64,000 bases of DNA from Octopus sinensis (GCF_006345805.1 NC_043006.1:36208001-36272000); one strand, 5' to 3'; positions 1 through 12,520 are shown, numbered from the stretch's first letter. The notes: generated by a model from the letters alone, not told the origin. Program-made: numbers and translations.

Positions 1-183
1 TGCTTGTGTTTGCGGTTGGGTTTTATGTGGTAAGGTTGGTTTAGGTACCAACACATACGCTACAGAAACCGGGAAACCGGGCTCATGAGTCTGTCTAGAC
101 TTGAAAAGGGCGCATAAATAAATAAAAAAATTAGTATCACTATACATAAACGAAATAATAATAATAATTATTTATTATTATTA

Positions 184-550
184 TCCTTTCTATTAAAGGC
201 ACAAGGCCTGAAATTTTGGGGGAGGCGGTAAATCGATTACATTGACTCCAGTACTTGACTGGTACTTGATCAATCGACCCCGAAAAGCTGAAAGGCAAAG
301 ACGACCTCGGTGGAATTTGAACTCAGAACGTAGCAACGGGCGAAATACCTATTTCTTTACTACGCACAAGGGGCTAAACACAGAGGGGACAAACGGATTA
401 AGTCGATTATATCGACCCCAGTGCGTAACTGGTACTTACTTAATCGACCCCGAAAGGATGAAAGGCAAAGTCGGTTCGGCGGAATTTGAACTCAGAACGT
501 AACGGCAGACGAAATACCGCTAAACATTTCGTCCAGCGTGCTAACGATTC
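184..550 (-). mobile_element. tRNA-derived SINE family A, dimer (head + body with tail A + body with tail B)
   Basis: Reverse complement of GTTAGCACGC...GAGTTCAAATTCC (B-box-like)...GCCTTTCATCCTTTCGGGGTCGA...CCAGTTACGCACTGG. The same element recurs more than 15 times in the window. Confidence 0.85.
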
Positions 551-588
<38 letters not shown>

Positions 589-598
589 GGCAGGCAGG

Positions 599-646
<48 letters not shown>

Positions 647-1374
647 AGGACAGACAGACGGGCGGATGGCTGGATAGATAGATAGATATCCATGTGTACT
701 TCCAGGTATGAGATAGTGGAGTGTGATTTTAGGGGACTTTGACTGCCATTTTTAGCACATCCAGTGACCATGTAGAGGATCGATTATAAGTTCGAGGTTT
801 TGACATATACCGCCCAAGACTGATATTCAATGTGTGAAAAATCCAGGTGTGTGAAACGGTTGAAAAGCCATCAGGTGAGAAGAAACATCAGCTTGTAATC
901 TAGGGGCCGCCCTAACAGCTTTTATAAATCCCCCACCACACCACCCTACCGCATTTCCCTCCCCTCTCCTCTACCAATGTGTCTCACGATCGTGTTGGTG
1001 GTGATGGTGGTGTGGTGGTTGGTGAAATAGGGCCGGCTGTCAGTTATACATATAGTATAGTCGTTAGAGTAGTATGTACGAAGAAAGCTAGGGAGAGAGA
1101 AAGGGACAGAGAGAGAGAGAGAGGGAGAGAGAGGGGGAGAGACAGGGAAGAGACAGGGAGAGAGAGAGAGAGAAAAGGAAAATGACAAGCGTATAAAGGG
1201 ATGTGGTGCGAGGAGTTGATCCTATCTATTAAACCTGTTTTTTCTATATTCATTCACACACCCGCCCGCCCGCCCGCCAGCACACGCACACTCACTCTCA
1301 CACAAACACAAACACGCACACACACGTGCCCACATACGTTTTTATGTGTATGTATGTATGTATGTATGTATGTG

Positions 1375-1474
1375 NNNNNNNNNNNNNNNNNNNNNNNNNN
1401 NNNNNNNNNNNNNNNNNNNNNNNNNNNNNNNNNNNNNNNNNNNNNNNNNNNNNNNNNNNNNNNNNNNNNNNNNN
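1375..1474. other. Assembly gap (100 N)
   Basis: Run of N next to a (TATG)n tract. Confidence 1.
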
Positions 1475-1605
1475 CTGAGTGAACTGGAGCAACGTGAAAT
1501 AAAGTGTCTTGCTCAAGAACACAACACGCAGCCCGGTCCGGGATTCGAGCTCACAACCTCACGATCGTAAGCTCGACGCTCTAACCACTGAGCCACGCGC
1601 CTTCA
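1475..1605 (-). mobile_element. tRNA-derived SINE family C, 5' part
   Basis: Minus strand GTGAAGGCGCGTGGCTCAGTGGTTAGAGCG...GTGAGCTCGAATCCC (A and B boxes) followed by GTGTTCTTGAGCAAGACAC. Similar copies at 13917-14218, 34410-34530 and 37246-37560. Confidence 0.75.
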
Positions 1606-1608
1606 CAA

Positions 1609-1639
<31 letters not shown>

Positions 1640-2680
1640 GGATATATGTGTATATATACCCATATATTTACACGACCACAGAAGCCCATCCCTACCTGCT
1701 TCTTGTCTCTCTCCATCTCTACTATCTTCCTCTTTCTTCTTTCCTCACTCTTTCTTTCACCCTCACCATCCTTCTCACTGTCACCCTCTGTCTCACCCTC
1801 ACCCTCTTTTCATATCCATATACTCCTCGAATACTCAAGTGCAGGACAATGGCTGAGCGACCTATCTAAGGGACGTAACTCTGATGGGCTTACGGGCTGG
1901 CTTTGATTTGTTCTATTTTGGCCGTGAATTTCGTTCGTTTTTTTTTATTCTTTTCCTTTTTTTTTATACAATCTTTACGAGATTCATACACCGGATGTAA
2001 TAGTTTCAGGCAGGCCTTTCAGAGATAAAGAGCCCAAGATATACACTTTCATTCAGCCATTGCTGATGGTTATTAACAAACGTTCTTCAACATGAACCGT
2101 TCGATAACATTAACTGGCAGTGGTGGTGGTGGTGGTGGTGGTGCTGGTAGCGAAATTAGTAATGGTGGTGGTGGCGGTGTTGGTGGTGGTCGTCGTTGTC
2201 GTCGTGGTCGTGGTGCTGGTGACGTTTATCCCCCTCCCCCTCAGCATGTTGACATCAGTTCAATGAAGTCGTCAGTTGTTCTGCATCCCATGGGTCGTAG
2301 TTGTCACTGTAAGACCATCCTTGAACTCCCGTGTTGAATATTGTTGACTGCCCGACTTCATTCTTGGTCCTTTACACCTCTAAATATTAAGGTACGAATT
2401 TCTTTTAAGTAGGTGACAATCGACAGTACGACATTGACAAACTTCAACAAAGGCGTTCAGCGTTTGTTATTCTCGCGAGTCATTTGCTGGAGCGATGTTC
2501 GTCTCGCTCCGACGTATATTCTGCTTTTAACACAAGTCTGTGAATAGATTTAAAATCTCAGCCTATTCCTCAGCCTTCTAATGGTCTGAATACATTTAGG
2601 ACGATACACGAATGGCGATTTTAATTTAACGCCGTTTCAACACACACACACACACTCTCTCTCTCCTTCCCTCTCGCTCC

Positions 2681-2718
<38 letters not shown>

Positions 2719-3090
2719 GCGCTACGTTCTTCGAAATATACACATTTGAAAAAAAAACAGTCAAAAATGAAACCGGTTAGTGTGTAGGACCTCGTTTGGC
2801 CCTACCTGCCTGAGATTCGAAACCGAATCAGGAAATTCTCCCTAGCCATACGATCTACTGTCCTGTCGAAAGGAAATGCTAATTAATACGGTTTCCGTTT
2901 GACCCAGGACCTTGCTATGCCACAGAAAGTTTATGTAAACAAAGTGCGACCTACATTAATTTAGCCATTGGTATAACGGTATATCCATTTTCCTAGCTGG
3001 TCTACTCAATTATAAATATCAGCATTCTGTTAGGAGAAAGCTGTGAGTGAGAGCGACCGACAGAGAGCAGGCCGACCGGCTCTAAATACC

Positions 3091-3691
3091 TATTTTTTTA
3101 AAACCCACAAGGGGCTAAACACAGAGAGGACAAACAAGGCCAGACAAACGGATTAAGTCGTTTATATCGACACCAGTGCGTAACTGGTATTTATTTAATC
3201 GACCCCGAAAGGATGAAAGGCCAAGTCGACCTCGGCGGAATTTGAACTCAGAACGTAACGGCAGACGAAATACCTATTTCTTTATTACCCACAAGGGGCT
3301 AAACACAGAGGGGACAAACAAGGACAGACATATGTATTAAGTCGATTACATCGACTCCAGTGCGTAACTGGTACTTAATTTATCGACCCCGAAAGGATGA
3401 AAGGCAAAGTCGACCTCGGCGGAATTTGAACTCACAACGTAACGCAGACGAAATACCTATTTCTTTACTACCCACAAGGGGCTAAACACAGACAGGACAA
3501 ACAAGGACAGACAAACGGATTAAGTCGATTATATCGACCCCAGTGCGTAACTGGTACTTATTTAATCGACCCTGAAAGGATGAAAGGCAAAGTCGACCAC
3601 GGCGGAATTTGAACTCAGAACGTAAAGACAGACGAAATACCGCTAAGCATTTCACCCGGCGTGCTAACGTTTCTGCCAGCTCGCCGCCTTA
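3091..3691 (-). mobile_element. SINE family A trimer (50-bp head + three 183-184-bp units) with 16-bp TSD
   Basis: Units at 3091-3274, 3275-3457 and 3458-3641, head at 3642-3691. Direct repeat ACCGGCTCTAAATACC at 3075-3090 and 3692-3707. Confidence 0.9.
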
Positions 3692-4183
3692 ACCGGCTCT
3701 AAATACCGTCTCGACAGAACGTCATAGAAGGACAGTTATGGAATCCACCAGGGATACAGTTGCCTTGCCCATCCCTCTCTTACTTTCTCATTCACTCATT
3801 TTCGTTTCAACAACATCACTTTGTTTAGTCACCGCTGCTAGAATGACAGAGATTAAAGTAAGTCCAACGCTATCTGCCCTTTTACAAGAAAATATAACTC
3901 TCGTTGCCTCGTATGCTTTCCGACTCTTTTTATGTACACGCCTGTCCGTCATGGTTTGGCTTTAATTATATGTAATGGTGAAATAAATATGTCATTTTAC
4001 AACTTCGGCCAATGTCTTTCTTTCTTGAAGTCAGCATCAACATCATCATCTTCGCCTTCAACATAGAACATACCCGTTATAAGTCTATTAATTATGATAT
4101 AAATAAATCTTCATTTATATTCTTGGTGCTTGTTCAACTTCATTCATTTCTTCTATACTACTGTTTGCATAGATTAGTAACGA

Positions 4184-4240
<57 letters not shown>

Positions 4241-4461
4241 ACGTGTGGACGTGCGTGTGTGTGAGTGTGGTGTTGTTGACCTCGGTAAATTTTGAACTCA
4301 GAGCGTAAAGAACCAGAAGAAATGCGAAACATTCTTTTTTTTTTATGCTTTCTACTATAACTTCAGGCCTTGTACAAACTGTAGAGAGAAACAAATATTA
4401 GAATATCAAGACCTTAATACATATACATATATACTAGACATAAGTTTCATAAACTACAAAA

Positions 4462-4638
4462 GCTTCATGATAGCAAAGGAGAATGGGCATCAGCCAGCCC
4501 AAAGGTTGGGGTGGGCTGCACCTGCCTACTTCGGTTGCTATGGCATTGTGGTAGATCCGGCCACCCCCGATAACAGGGACAAAACCCAGATTTAAAACAC
4601 TGGATGATGACGATGATGATGATGATGATGATGATGAT
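4462..4638 (+). mobile_element. Short or 5'-truncated retroposon with (GAT)n tail and perfect 18-bp TSD
   Basis: GTTTCATAAACTACAAAA at 4444-4461 and 4639-4656; (GAT)n tail immediately before the second copy. Confidence 0.85.
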
Positions 4639-5152
4639 GTTTCATAAACTACAAAATATAAATTGCCACACTACCACACTTGGAACGAGCCTGTTATAAC
4701 TTTATCTCGATCTGAATGTACATGAAGATATGTAGAATGCCTAAATTTATTTCTGCAAATGTACTAAGCACTGATGCTGATCATAGTTTAATCAACAAGC
4801 GTAGGAGCGAGGTAAACACAGTAAAAATAGGGGGTGTCAGTGGGGTTCCATTTAAGCGTCCCTTCAGAAATTGAACCTCTTTACGATACTCCCTGAGAGT
4901 TCATGGCATGAAATTCATTGACATTGCTCCGATTTGGTCGCCAATGCCATGTACTTAGTTTAAAATGCAATAAAAATAGGGGTGTCAGTGGGCCCCCAAT
5001 TAGGCGGCTCTTTAAAAATAGACCCCTGGGATTAGGGGAGTTGAGTTGGTGGTTTGAGTTTCGTTGTCCTTGCACCAACGGTCTAGAACGAGTTAACGAA
5101 TATAAAAACGTAATGGACAGAGAAACATCACTCAAATTTATAATAGGATATG

Positions 5153-5201
<49 letters not shown>

Positions 5202-5203
<2 letters not shown>

Positions 5204-5388
5204 CCGCGTGTGTACCGTTGGCGATTTTTTTCCTCCTTCTTCCCTTCTTTGGATCTTTCCTTTTCCTATGTTTCTGACGAAGAGCTCCGCTCGAAACGTT
5301 AAACCCTCCTTCTTTCCTTCTTTCCTGAGCGTCCAATAATACTATACTTGTTCCACATCGTCGCATTGTTGTGTTTTCATGTTTGGAT

Positions 5389-5392
<4 letters not shown>
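5202..5392 (+). mobile_element. Penelope-like element 3' tail (pLTR fragment) carrying a hammerhead motif
   Basis: Near-identical copy at 30567-30766, related copies at 13390-13525 and 47583-47722. Contains CTGACGA-stem-GAAAC. Confidence 0.7.
5270..5304 (+). ncRNA. Minimal type-I hammerhead ribozyme motif, core intact with one extra A after A9
   Basis: GUUU|CUGACGA|A|GAGC-UCC-GCUC|GAA|ACGU|U|AAAC: stem I GUUU/AAAC, stem II GAGC/GCUC, palindromic ACGU stem III, GUU triplet. Confidence 0.7.
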
Positions 5393-5431
<39 letters not shown>

Positions 5432-5629
5432 ATGTCTTTGTGTAGTCTTATTCTATATTATATTATTCAGCGAGTAACGCGGCTAGTGCCGTTTGAAAAT
5501 CCACGGACCTAAAAGTACTCATGATCTTTCAATATTCTTATGATGTATCAGTAGTCTTGAACGTGAACAGCAATGAAGGTGGGGGAGCTTTCTTGAAGCA
5601 TTCCCACGAAAACAAAATTCGTTAATGTC

Positions 5630-6370
5630 ATTCGTTAATTCTGTTTCTGTAAGCTTGGTGCGACGAGAGCAACGCGTTCAGCTTCCAGTAACCGAGTCCC
5701 TGCTTACGTAACATGTCTAGGTCGATCGTACAAATGTCAAATTTGTGGTCTGTGTAGCCGATGATTCGAAATTGTGGACAGCTTATTCTATCCCTTTCAA
5801 CTGGCCTACAGAATATTCTCTCTTGATACGATCTGGATATTCCCGTGTTGTTTGTTCATTGGCATATTCAGGAAATCTAGTCGGAACAAGTCAAACAGCT
5901 GCAAACATCTGAGTAGGTTTTCAAGGCTTTTGCACCCCACTCCCCAATCAGCTAACTTACAACGTGCATCCAATATGGCGTTCCAATGTTCCATTAACAT
6001 TAAAGAGCAGCATGTTTCGAAGAAGACCTCCAGACACCTGAAGAAACCTGGTTGCTCCGTACCTGTTGTGATGTAGACAGCAGCTGGTGTGAAGGTAACC
6101 CTTTGCTACTGCTTATATCTAGGACTGCCAACTTCGGTGTCCATGAAGATAGATAGTATCGTGAGATCAAACCAACACAGCCACTAGACCTCCTAATCCC
6201 ATTCAATTTCAAGATATTTATACCTTGTATCCATCAAAAATGGGCGTGAAAGCTTGTGGCTCGGAGATTCTGGTCTCGCTCATGGCCACTATATCCATAT
6301 CTAGTGACCTGCGCTCGTTGAGCAGACGGCCTTGCTTCCATATTGACCCCAAACCACGTGCGTTATATTA
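5630..6370 (-). pseudogene. L1/Tx1-clade LINE ORF2 apurinic endonuclease, disrupted
   Basis: Hand translation gives YNARGLGSIWKQGRLL...DIVAMSETR, AVY...GFFRCLEVF...EHWNAILDAR, and GYTDHKF...QGLGYWKLNALL, all matching L1/Tx1 APE motifs; stops and frameshifts present. Confidence 0.8.
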
Positions 6371-6975
6371 CCTAAGTAAGAGAATTGAGGTATTAATCGG
6401 AAAGGTGTTCTAATTCCGTGGAGAAAAGGTTGGTTGCGGGTGTTTCCACAAATGGCTCTTTTGTTTATATTTCCCCTGATGTCGACTATCCCTTTGTGGT
6501 ATTTTTCAAGATGCTATACCTGAGTTGTTAATTGGCAGCATGATATTTATGTGTGCTAGAATGCTATCAGTTAATGTGATGTAGTTAAACATGTTTGATG
6601 CTGGCATGTTGATGAATGTTCTCCATTAGTTCTTTATTGCTTGTGTTTATGGCTGTAGTGATTTCTTTAATTGTTCATGCTGCAAAGTGAATCTGACCCT
6701 TGTGTATGTGAATTAAGTTACGCTTGTACTTATCATTGCGGTGACTGTAATAGTGGTAGTGGTAGAGATAAGTATGAAGACGTTGGTAGTACTGGTGTAG
6801 CCGCTGTTAGGGATTGATGTTGGTGCATTGATGCTCAAAAGTACTTCACCCATTTGCTCAGATCTGCCAGTTTTTTTTTATCTGTTTTGTTTCTTTTCTC
6901 TTTGTATTAGTAACTTTTTGTCATTTAGGCTCCTCACCGTCCCATTCACACGACATGCCTAATCCAAGCGAATTA

Positions 6976-7208
6976 AAGGCGGTGAGCTGGCAGAAACGTT
7001 AGCACGCCAGGCGAAATGCTTAGCGGTATTTCGTCTCCCGCTACGTTCTGAGTTCAAATTCCGCCGAGGTCGACTTTGCCTTTCATCCTTTCGGGGTCGA
7101 TTAAATAAGTACCAGTTACGCACTGGGATCGATATAATCGACATAATCCGTTTGTCGGTCCTTGTTTGTCCCCTCTGTGTGTAGCCTCTTGTGGGCAGTA
7201 AAGAAATA
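6976..7208 (+). mobile_element. SINE family A monomer (tail A) inserted in the Tx1 remnant
   Basis: Full head and body; imperfect TSD AATCC(C)AAGCG at 6961-6970 and about 7208-7218. Confidence 0.85.
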
Positions 7209-7609
7209 ATCCCAAGCGGGAGGAACATGTTTGGGGGATTATTGTCCATTTGTTTCACTGTTGTTGATTAGGGGCTTTCACGTGCTGTTCTTGGTAGTGC
7301 CGTGGTGGTGGTGGCTCTAGCGGGAAGTGTTTCTTTTGTTGTTTTTGTGTCCAGTCTTGTACTTAATATTGCAATCACTGTTGTTGTAGCTGCATGCTGT
7401 TGTGATTATTATTGTGATGTGGTTGCTGTTGTTGTTATTGATGTTGAAGATGAGGCTTTCATTCGTCTGTCATTTTCGATTGTTGTTGGAAGCAGAAAGG
7501 TTTGAGGTGGTTAGTATTTACACAGTTGTTATATCAAGGTCTTCTACACACCACTGCTATCTGAAGTTTGCCTCTATTAAAATTTCCAACCTTTCCCTAT
7601 CCAATTTTC

Positions 7610-8070
7610 TTTTCGGAATCATTTATCTTCCAGTGAAGATAAATGACTCACTACCCAGCAGAAATCTAGTTCTGCTGATACATTTGTGATTTGTACTCGG
7701 ACGGCTCTGTCAATTGGTATCAGACAGAAATTTTCAGTCTTTTGTAGGACAGCTGAATGCTTCTTGGCTACGGTTTCCAAATGGAAAATGACTCGGATGT
7801 ATCCGAATTTATGAGCAAGACCCACAAAATTGATACCTTACCACATGTTCCTTAAACATAGTTAAGCTTGGCCTGGAGATATACACTCTAATTTGTGTCA
7901 ATAGGAATCTATATAGAATTATTTTCCTTTCTGTTCGGTCTAAAAGGTGTTGCGGTATATTGAGCGTAACTTTTGACTGTTCTCGTCTGTTGATGTGTTT
8001 CTTCACCTCTTTTAAGATTTCGTGCCTGTTCTCTTGGAACATGAAATAGAAAATGCTTGTGATCTTGGCA
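7610..8070 (-). pseudogene. Probable ORF1 remnant of the same L1/Tx1 element
   Basis: Frames KFGYIRVIFHLETVAKKHS...LIPIDRAVRVQITNV lie upstream of and co-oriented with the APE remnant, separated by Thr-rich low-complexity sequence; assignment from recalled family pattern only. Confidence 0.4.
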
Positions 8071-8281
8071 AAAGAAGTCATTTTTGGTGTATTTTCACTG
8101 CTGCTGCTGCTGCTGTCGTTAGTAGAATTGTTGACGTTGCTGTTATCTTACAGGGGAACGAGGAATGTTTAGTTTGTCCTGCTACAGTTGGCTTTGCACG
8201 ACCTTTCGCTGCTGCTGCTGCTTTTGCGACTGTTTTTGTATTATTATTATTATTATAATTAGTAGTAGTAGTAGTAGTAGT

Positions 8282-8319
<38 letters not shown>

Positions 8320-8347
8320 TATAGTAGTAGTAGTAGTAGTAGTAGTT

Positions 8348-8390
<43 letters not shown>

Positions 8391-8392
8391 TA

Positions 8393-8425
<33 letters not shown>

Positions 8426-8426
8426 A

Positions 8427-8461
<35 letters not shown>

Positions 8462-8464
8462 TAA

Positions 8465-8513
<49 letters not shown>

Positions 8514-8789
8514 TGCTGCTATTGTTGTTGTTACCGTTGTTGTTTCTATTGATACTTCAGCTACTATCTTTTAAATACAACTATGTCTGGTCGATTAAAC
8601 ACAATGCCATTTTAAATTTTGCTTCTTTTAATGTTTCGAAAAATAGTCTTCCTTTAAAATTGCAATCTATGAATCATACCTAATGTACATACACGTTAAT
8701 AGGCCAGACACAGCGATGATCGTCTTGAGATAGCATCTACTATGGACGTGTTGTGTTAAAAACAATATCGGAGGGAGATGAAACATCAC

Positions 8790-9100
8790 CCCAGTTGTAG
8801 CTATCGAGAACGCCAGAAGCTTACAAAGATCAGATTAGAGAATTAGTTAAGTAGGGTTTGACGGGGGAAATCCTCAACAACAATCGGTGGTTTGCCCTGG
8901 AAATGCATTTCAAGTAGGTTCGATAAGGTTCAATAAGACAGAGAAAATTAGAATAGAGGGAGGCCTAGTCAGAATCTTTGATGAGGCGTTTAGTAAAGAC
9001 ATTGCAACCGAAATGCTCGTGATAAGATTGGACCTTGACCATTTCTTCAATGTGAACCTTGATCTGAGACAAGAAGGGATGAAGCGGTTCGATAGGCCCG
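8790..9100 (+). pseudogene. Possible L1/Tx1 endonuclease-RT linker fragment
   Basis: EAYKDQIRELVK*GLTGEILNNNRWFAL... resembles the segment that follows GYWKLN in Tx1 ORF2; frameshifted. Confidence 0.35.
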
Positions 9101-9103
9101 TGT

Positions 9104-11222
9104 GGAGATGTACTACAGTGTCAGCTGTTCACTACCAGTGAACTAAGATAACACCTTATTTTTCGAGCACCTTCCGGAGTATTCGAGCGGTTCCAAGCAG
9201 TGCTGTTTTCTGCAAGTGTTGCACCCTTATTGCAGCCCCTATTTGTTCCACGTACTTCTCGAGATTTTTGCTCACTGTTCCCAGGGCTCCGATAATTATT
9301 GGTACTACGGCTACCTTTTTCATCGACCACAACTACTTAACTTTCCAAGCTAACCTGTCATATCTCTCGACTTTTCTTTCTTCATTATTACATACCTTGC
9401 TGTCATCTAGGCATGCTATATCTATGATCCAGTATAGTTTGCTTTCTTTCTCAATTAAGACTATGTCCGGCTTCCTATTCTCAATTTCATGGTTGCACTG
9501 AATCATAAAATCCCATAGGATCTTTGCATTTCTATTTTTGACAATGCCTTCAGGTTTGTGGTCGTACCAATTTTTTGCTCTGTCAAGTTCATACTTGTTG
9601 CAAAGTGTCCAATGGACAAGCCTGGCTATATTGTCGTGACGTCTCTTATATTCCTTTTGGGCTAGTGGCGAACATTGGCTGGTAACATGCCATACGGTTT
9701 CACCGTTTTGTTCACAGATTCTGCACTTATCACTTTCTGATATGCTGTCTATTCTGTATTTTATGTAATTTGTTCTTAGTGCTCGCTCTTGGGCAGCACA
9801 GATCAGAGCCTCCATTTCCGGTTTTAAATCACTTTTAGTCATCCACAACCATCTTTTTTCCTTGTCTTATCTTCAACATCCCTATGAAATTGACCATGAA
9901 TTCTTTTCTTTACCCACCTATTTTCAGTTTCATTCATTTTCAATTTCTTGTATAGTGCTTTATCTTTGCAATCTTTCATCCTACACAAGCCTGACCTTCT
10001 TACTTCTAGTAATAACTGTTCTGTGGCATTTTTTACATATCATGCTATGTTGTTTTCTTCTGCTCTAATGTTGTGTTTGCATCCAATAAGTCTTCTTCCC
10101 CTTCTTTTTCTTGGTACATACAGTCTGTCTGTGTCACTTTTTGGGTGGAGTAACCCATATCTAGTTAGCAACTTCCTTGTCTTTCTGTCTAAGCTGTGAG
10201 TGAAACCGCCCAGGTGTTGATAGCTTCGATCTTATTCCGTCCGTTTAATTTCGACTTAAGGATCAGTCTCAGTCTGCGCAAGTACTCCACCTTAAATTTT
10301 TTGTCATTTCTTTCTCCATCAATTTATCCATTTCCCAAATCCCCAAGTACTTATAGCCCGTCTCATCTATCTACTTCATAACTTCCCCCGACGGTATCGT
10401 TAGTCCATCCATACATTTGGTTTTGCCTCTCTTCAATACTAACACACCACACTTTCTCAGTCCGAACTCCATTCTGATATCAGCACTGAAGGTATACATC
10501 GTATCAACGAGGGAAATGACTTGGGTTTCATCTTTACCATTAAGTTTGAGGTCATCCATGAATAACAAATAGTTGACTTTTTGTTGGCGGCTTTTGAATA
10601 CATATCCAGCTTTTGCTTTCCTCAGAATCAGTGTCAGTGGTATCAAGCACAGTACAAAGATCAGTGGGGACAAGCAGTTCCCTTGGAAGATGCCCCTCCT
10701 AATTTCTACTGTCCCTAAACTTCTTCCATATGCTGTCAGGTCCGTCCTCCAGTTCGCCATACTTTTCCCAAGTAATCGCCTTACGATAGTCGATCAATGA
10801 AATGGCTAAGTTACTTTTTCTCCTCTAGCAGTCTCTGAGTACAGTTTCATCTATCAGGAGTTTGATCCTTGGTCCCTCTGCACTTACGCTTGCAACCCTT
10901 CTGCTCATGTAGCAGGATTCCATTTTTTCTAGATGCTCGTACATCTGCAAGTATTCCAGTCTCTGTGAGTATTCCAGTCAATAAAGTAGCAAACAGGATA
11001 TCAGCCTGTAATTGTCTGCCGTATTGCCTTTTTCGATGTTTTTCAAGCACAGCACTGTCCTACCCAATGTCAACCACTCTGGTGTTGCTTGGTCGGCATT
11101 TAACAAGGTGTTGAGTTGCATGACATTCGTGCATGACATTCACCAAATCTTTTGATCCAGTAGCCTTGAGCTCCATCAGGTCCCGGGGCCTTCCAGTTGC
11201 TCATTTTTTTGCTGATTTCCTT

Positions 11223-11228
<6 letters not shown>
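9104..11228 (-). mobile_element. R4/Dong-clade non-LTR retrotransposon, 5'-truncated and degenerate (RT + CCHC + restriction-like endonuclease)
   Basis: NWKAPGPDG (RT domain 0, about 11175-11200), HEQKGCKRKCRGTKDQ, RRGIFQGNCLSP and YLLFMDDLKL (ORF 10371-10760). CRIC..ETVWHVTSQC, RHD and RKPDIV..IIDIAC (ORF 9333-9848). After an in-frame stop, VVPIIIGALG...LQKTALLGTARILRKVLEK* (stop 9156-9158). Confidence 0.92.
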
Positions 11229-11263
<35 letters not shown>

Positions 11264-11266
<3 letters not shown>

Positions 11267-11392
11267 TAGTTTTATTTTTTTAACGTGCTTTCATTTCACT
11301 ACCGAGCGCAACACTGTGCGCCTTGGATATGTGCTGTGGTTTGCTGTAATGCTCTTTTGGTTACTGTATTGAAAGTGTTTTGCGTACAATGT
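11264..11392 (-). mobile_element. 3' end of a second R4/Dong-like family embedded in (TAA)n
   Basis: Translates NIVRKTLSIQ* (cf. ILRKVL at the C-terminus of the long copy), then about 95 nt of UTR; (TAA)n on both sides. Confidence 0.65.
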
Positions 11393-11423
11393 TATTATTA
11401 TTATTATTATTATTATTATCATT

Positions 11424-11551
11424 CTATGTTTGACTTTTGCTTTATATTTGTACAAGTTGGCTCCAAGTCTCACCCAGAGACCTCAAGAGACAACAGGTTG
11501 GAAGTTCATGTTGTTATGCCTAGTGTGCCATGTATTTGGGGGTTTTTGTGT
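11424..11551 (-). mobile_element. Probable 3' UTR of a third (TAA)n-targeted element
   Basis: 128-bp non-simple insert flanked on both sides by (TAA)n, in the same tract as the two Dong pieces; no coding evidence. Confidence 0.45.
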
Positions 11552-11578
11552 TATATTATTATTATTATTATTATATTA

Positions 11579-11633
<55 letters not shown>

Positions 11634-11836
11634 TTGTAGCTGCTCATTAGATTTTGAGTTCAAGCACTGTCAACATCAGCTTTGCTTTTCATCTTTCTGA
11701 GCTTAATAGAATCAAATACCAGTCACCTACTGAGATCGATATAATTCAGTTTCCTTTCAGCAAGTTTCTATCTACGCAAACAGTTTACTAAAAATCTATA
11801 GCTATTTTTATTCTGTAGATCAATGCACCATGCGTG

Positions 11837-11867
<31 letters not shown>

Positions 11868-11871
11868 TGTG

Positions 11872-11907
<36 letters not shown>

Positions 11908-11991
11908 TGTGTGTGTGTGTGCGTATGTGTGCGCGAATGTAGGTACATACATACAGACAGTCAGACACATTGATACAGATATAAATAGATA

Positions 11992-12043
<52 letters not shown>

Positions 12044-12206
12044 TAGATATATGTATGTATATAGATATACACATATATCTATACATGTGTGTGCGCGTGT
12101 GTAGGTACATACATACACACAGGCATCCAGCCATAGATATAGATACATCATACATACAATACATACATACATATATATAATAATATATATACATACATAT
12201 ATTGTG

Positions 12207-12260
<54 letters not shown>

Positions 12261-12520
12261 TGTATGTATATAGATATACATATATATGTATACAAATAGC
12301 TAGCTAGCTAGATAGATAGATAAATACATACATATGTCTATATATAGATATATTGTTCATACATATGAATGTATACATGTATGTATATGTGTGCACACAT
12401 GTGTATGTGTGTGAGTGTGTTAGTGCACGTGTTTCTGTGCGCGCGCGCATATATGTGCCTGTATATGTATGTGTGCGTACGTATGCGTGTACGAGTGCTC
12501 ATACATGTGCATGTGTGTGT

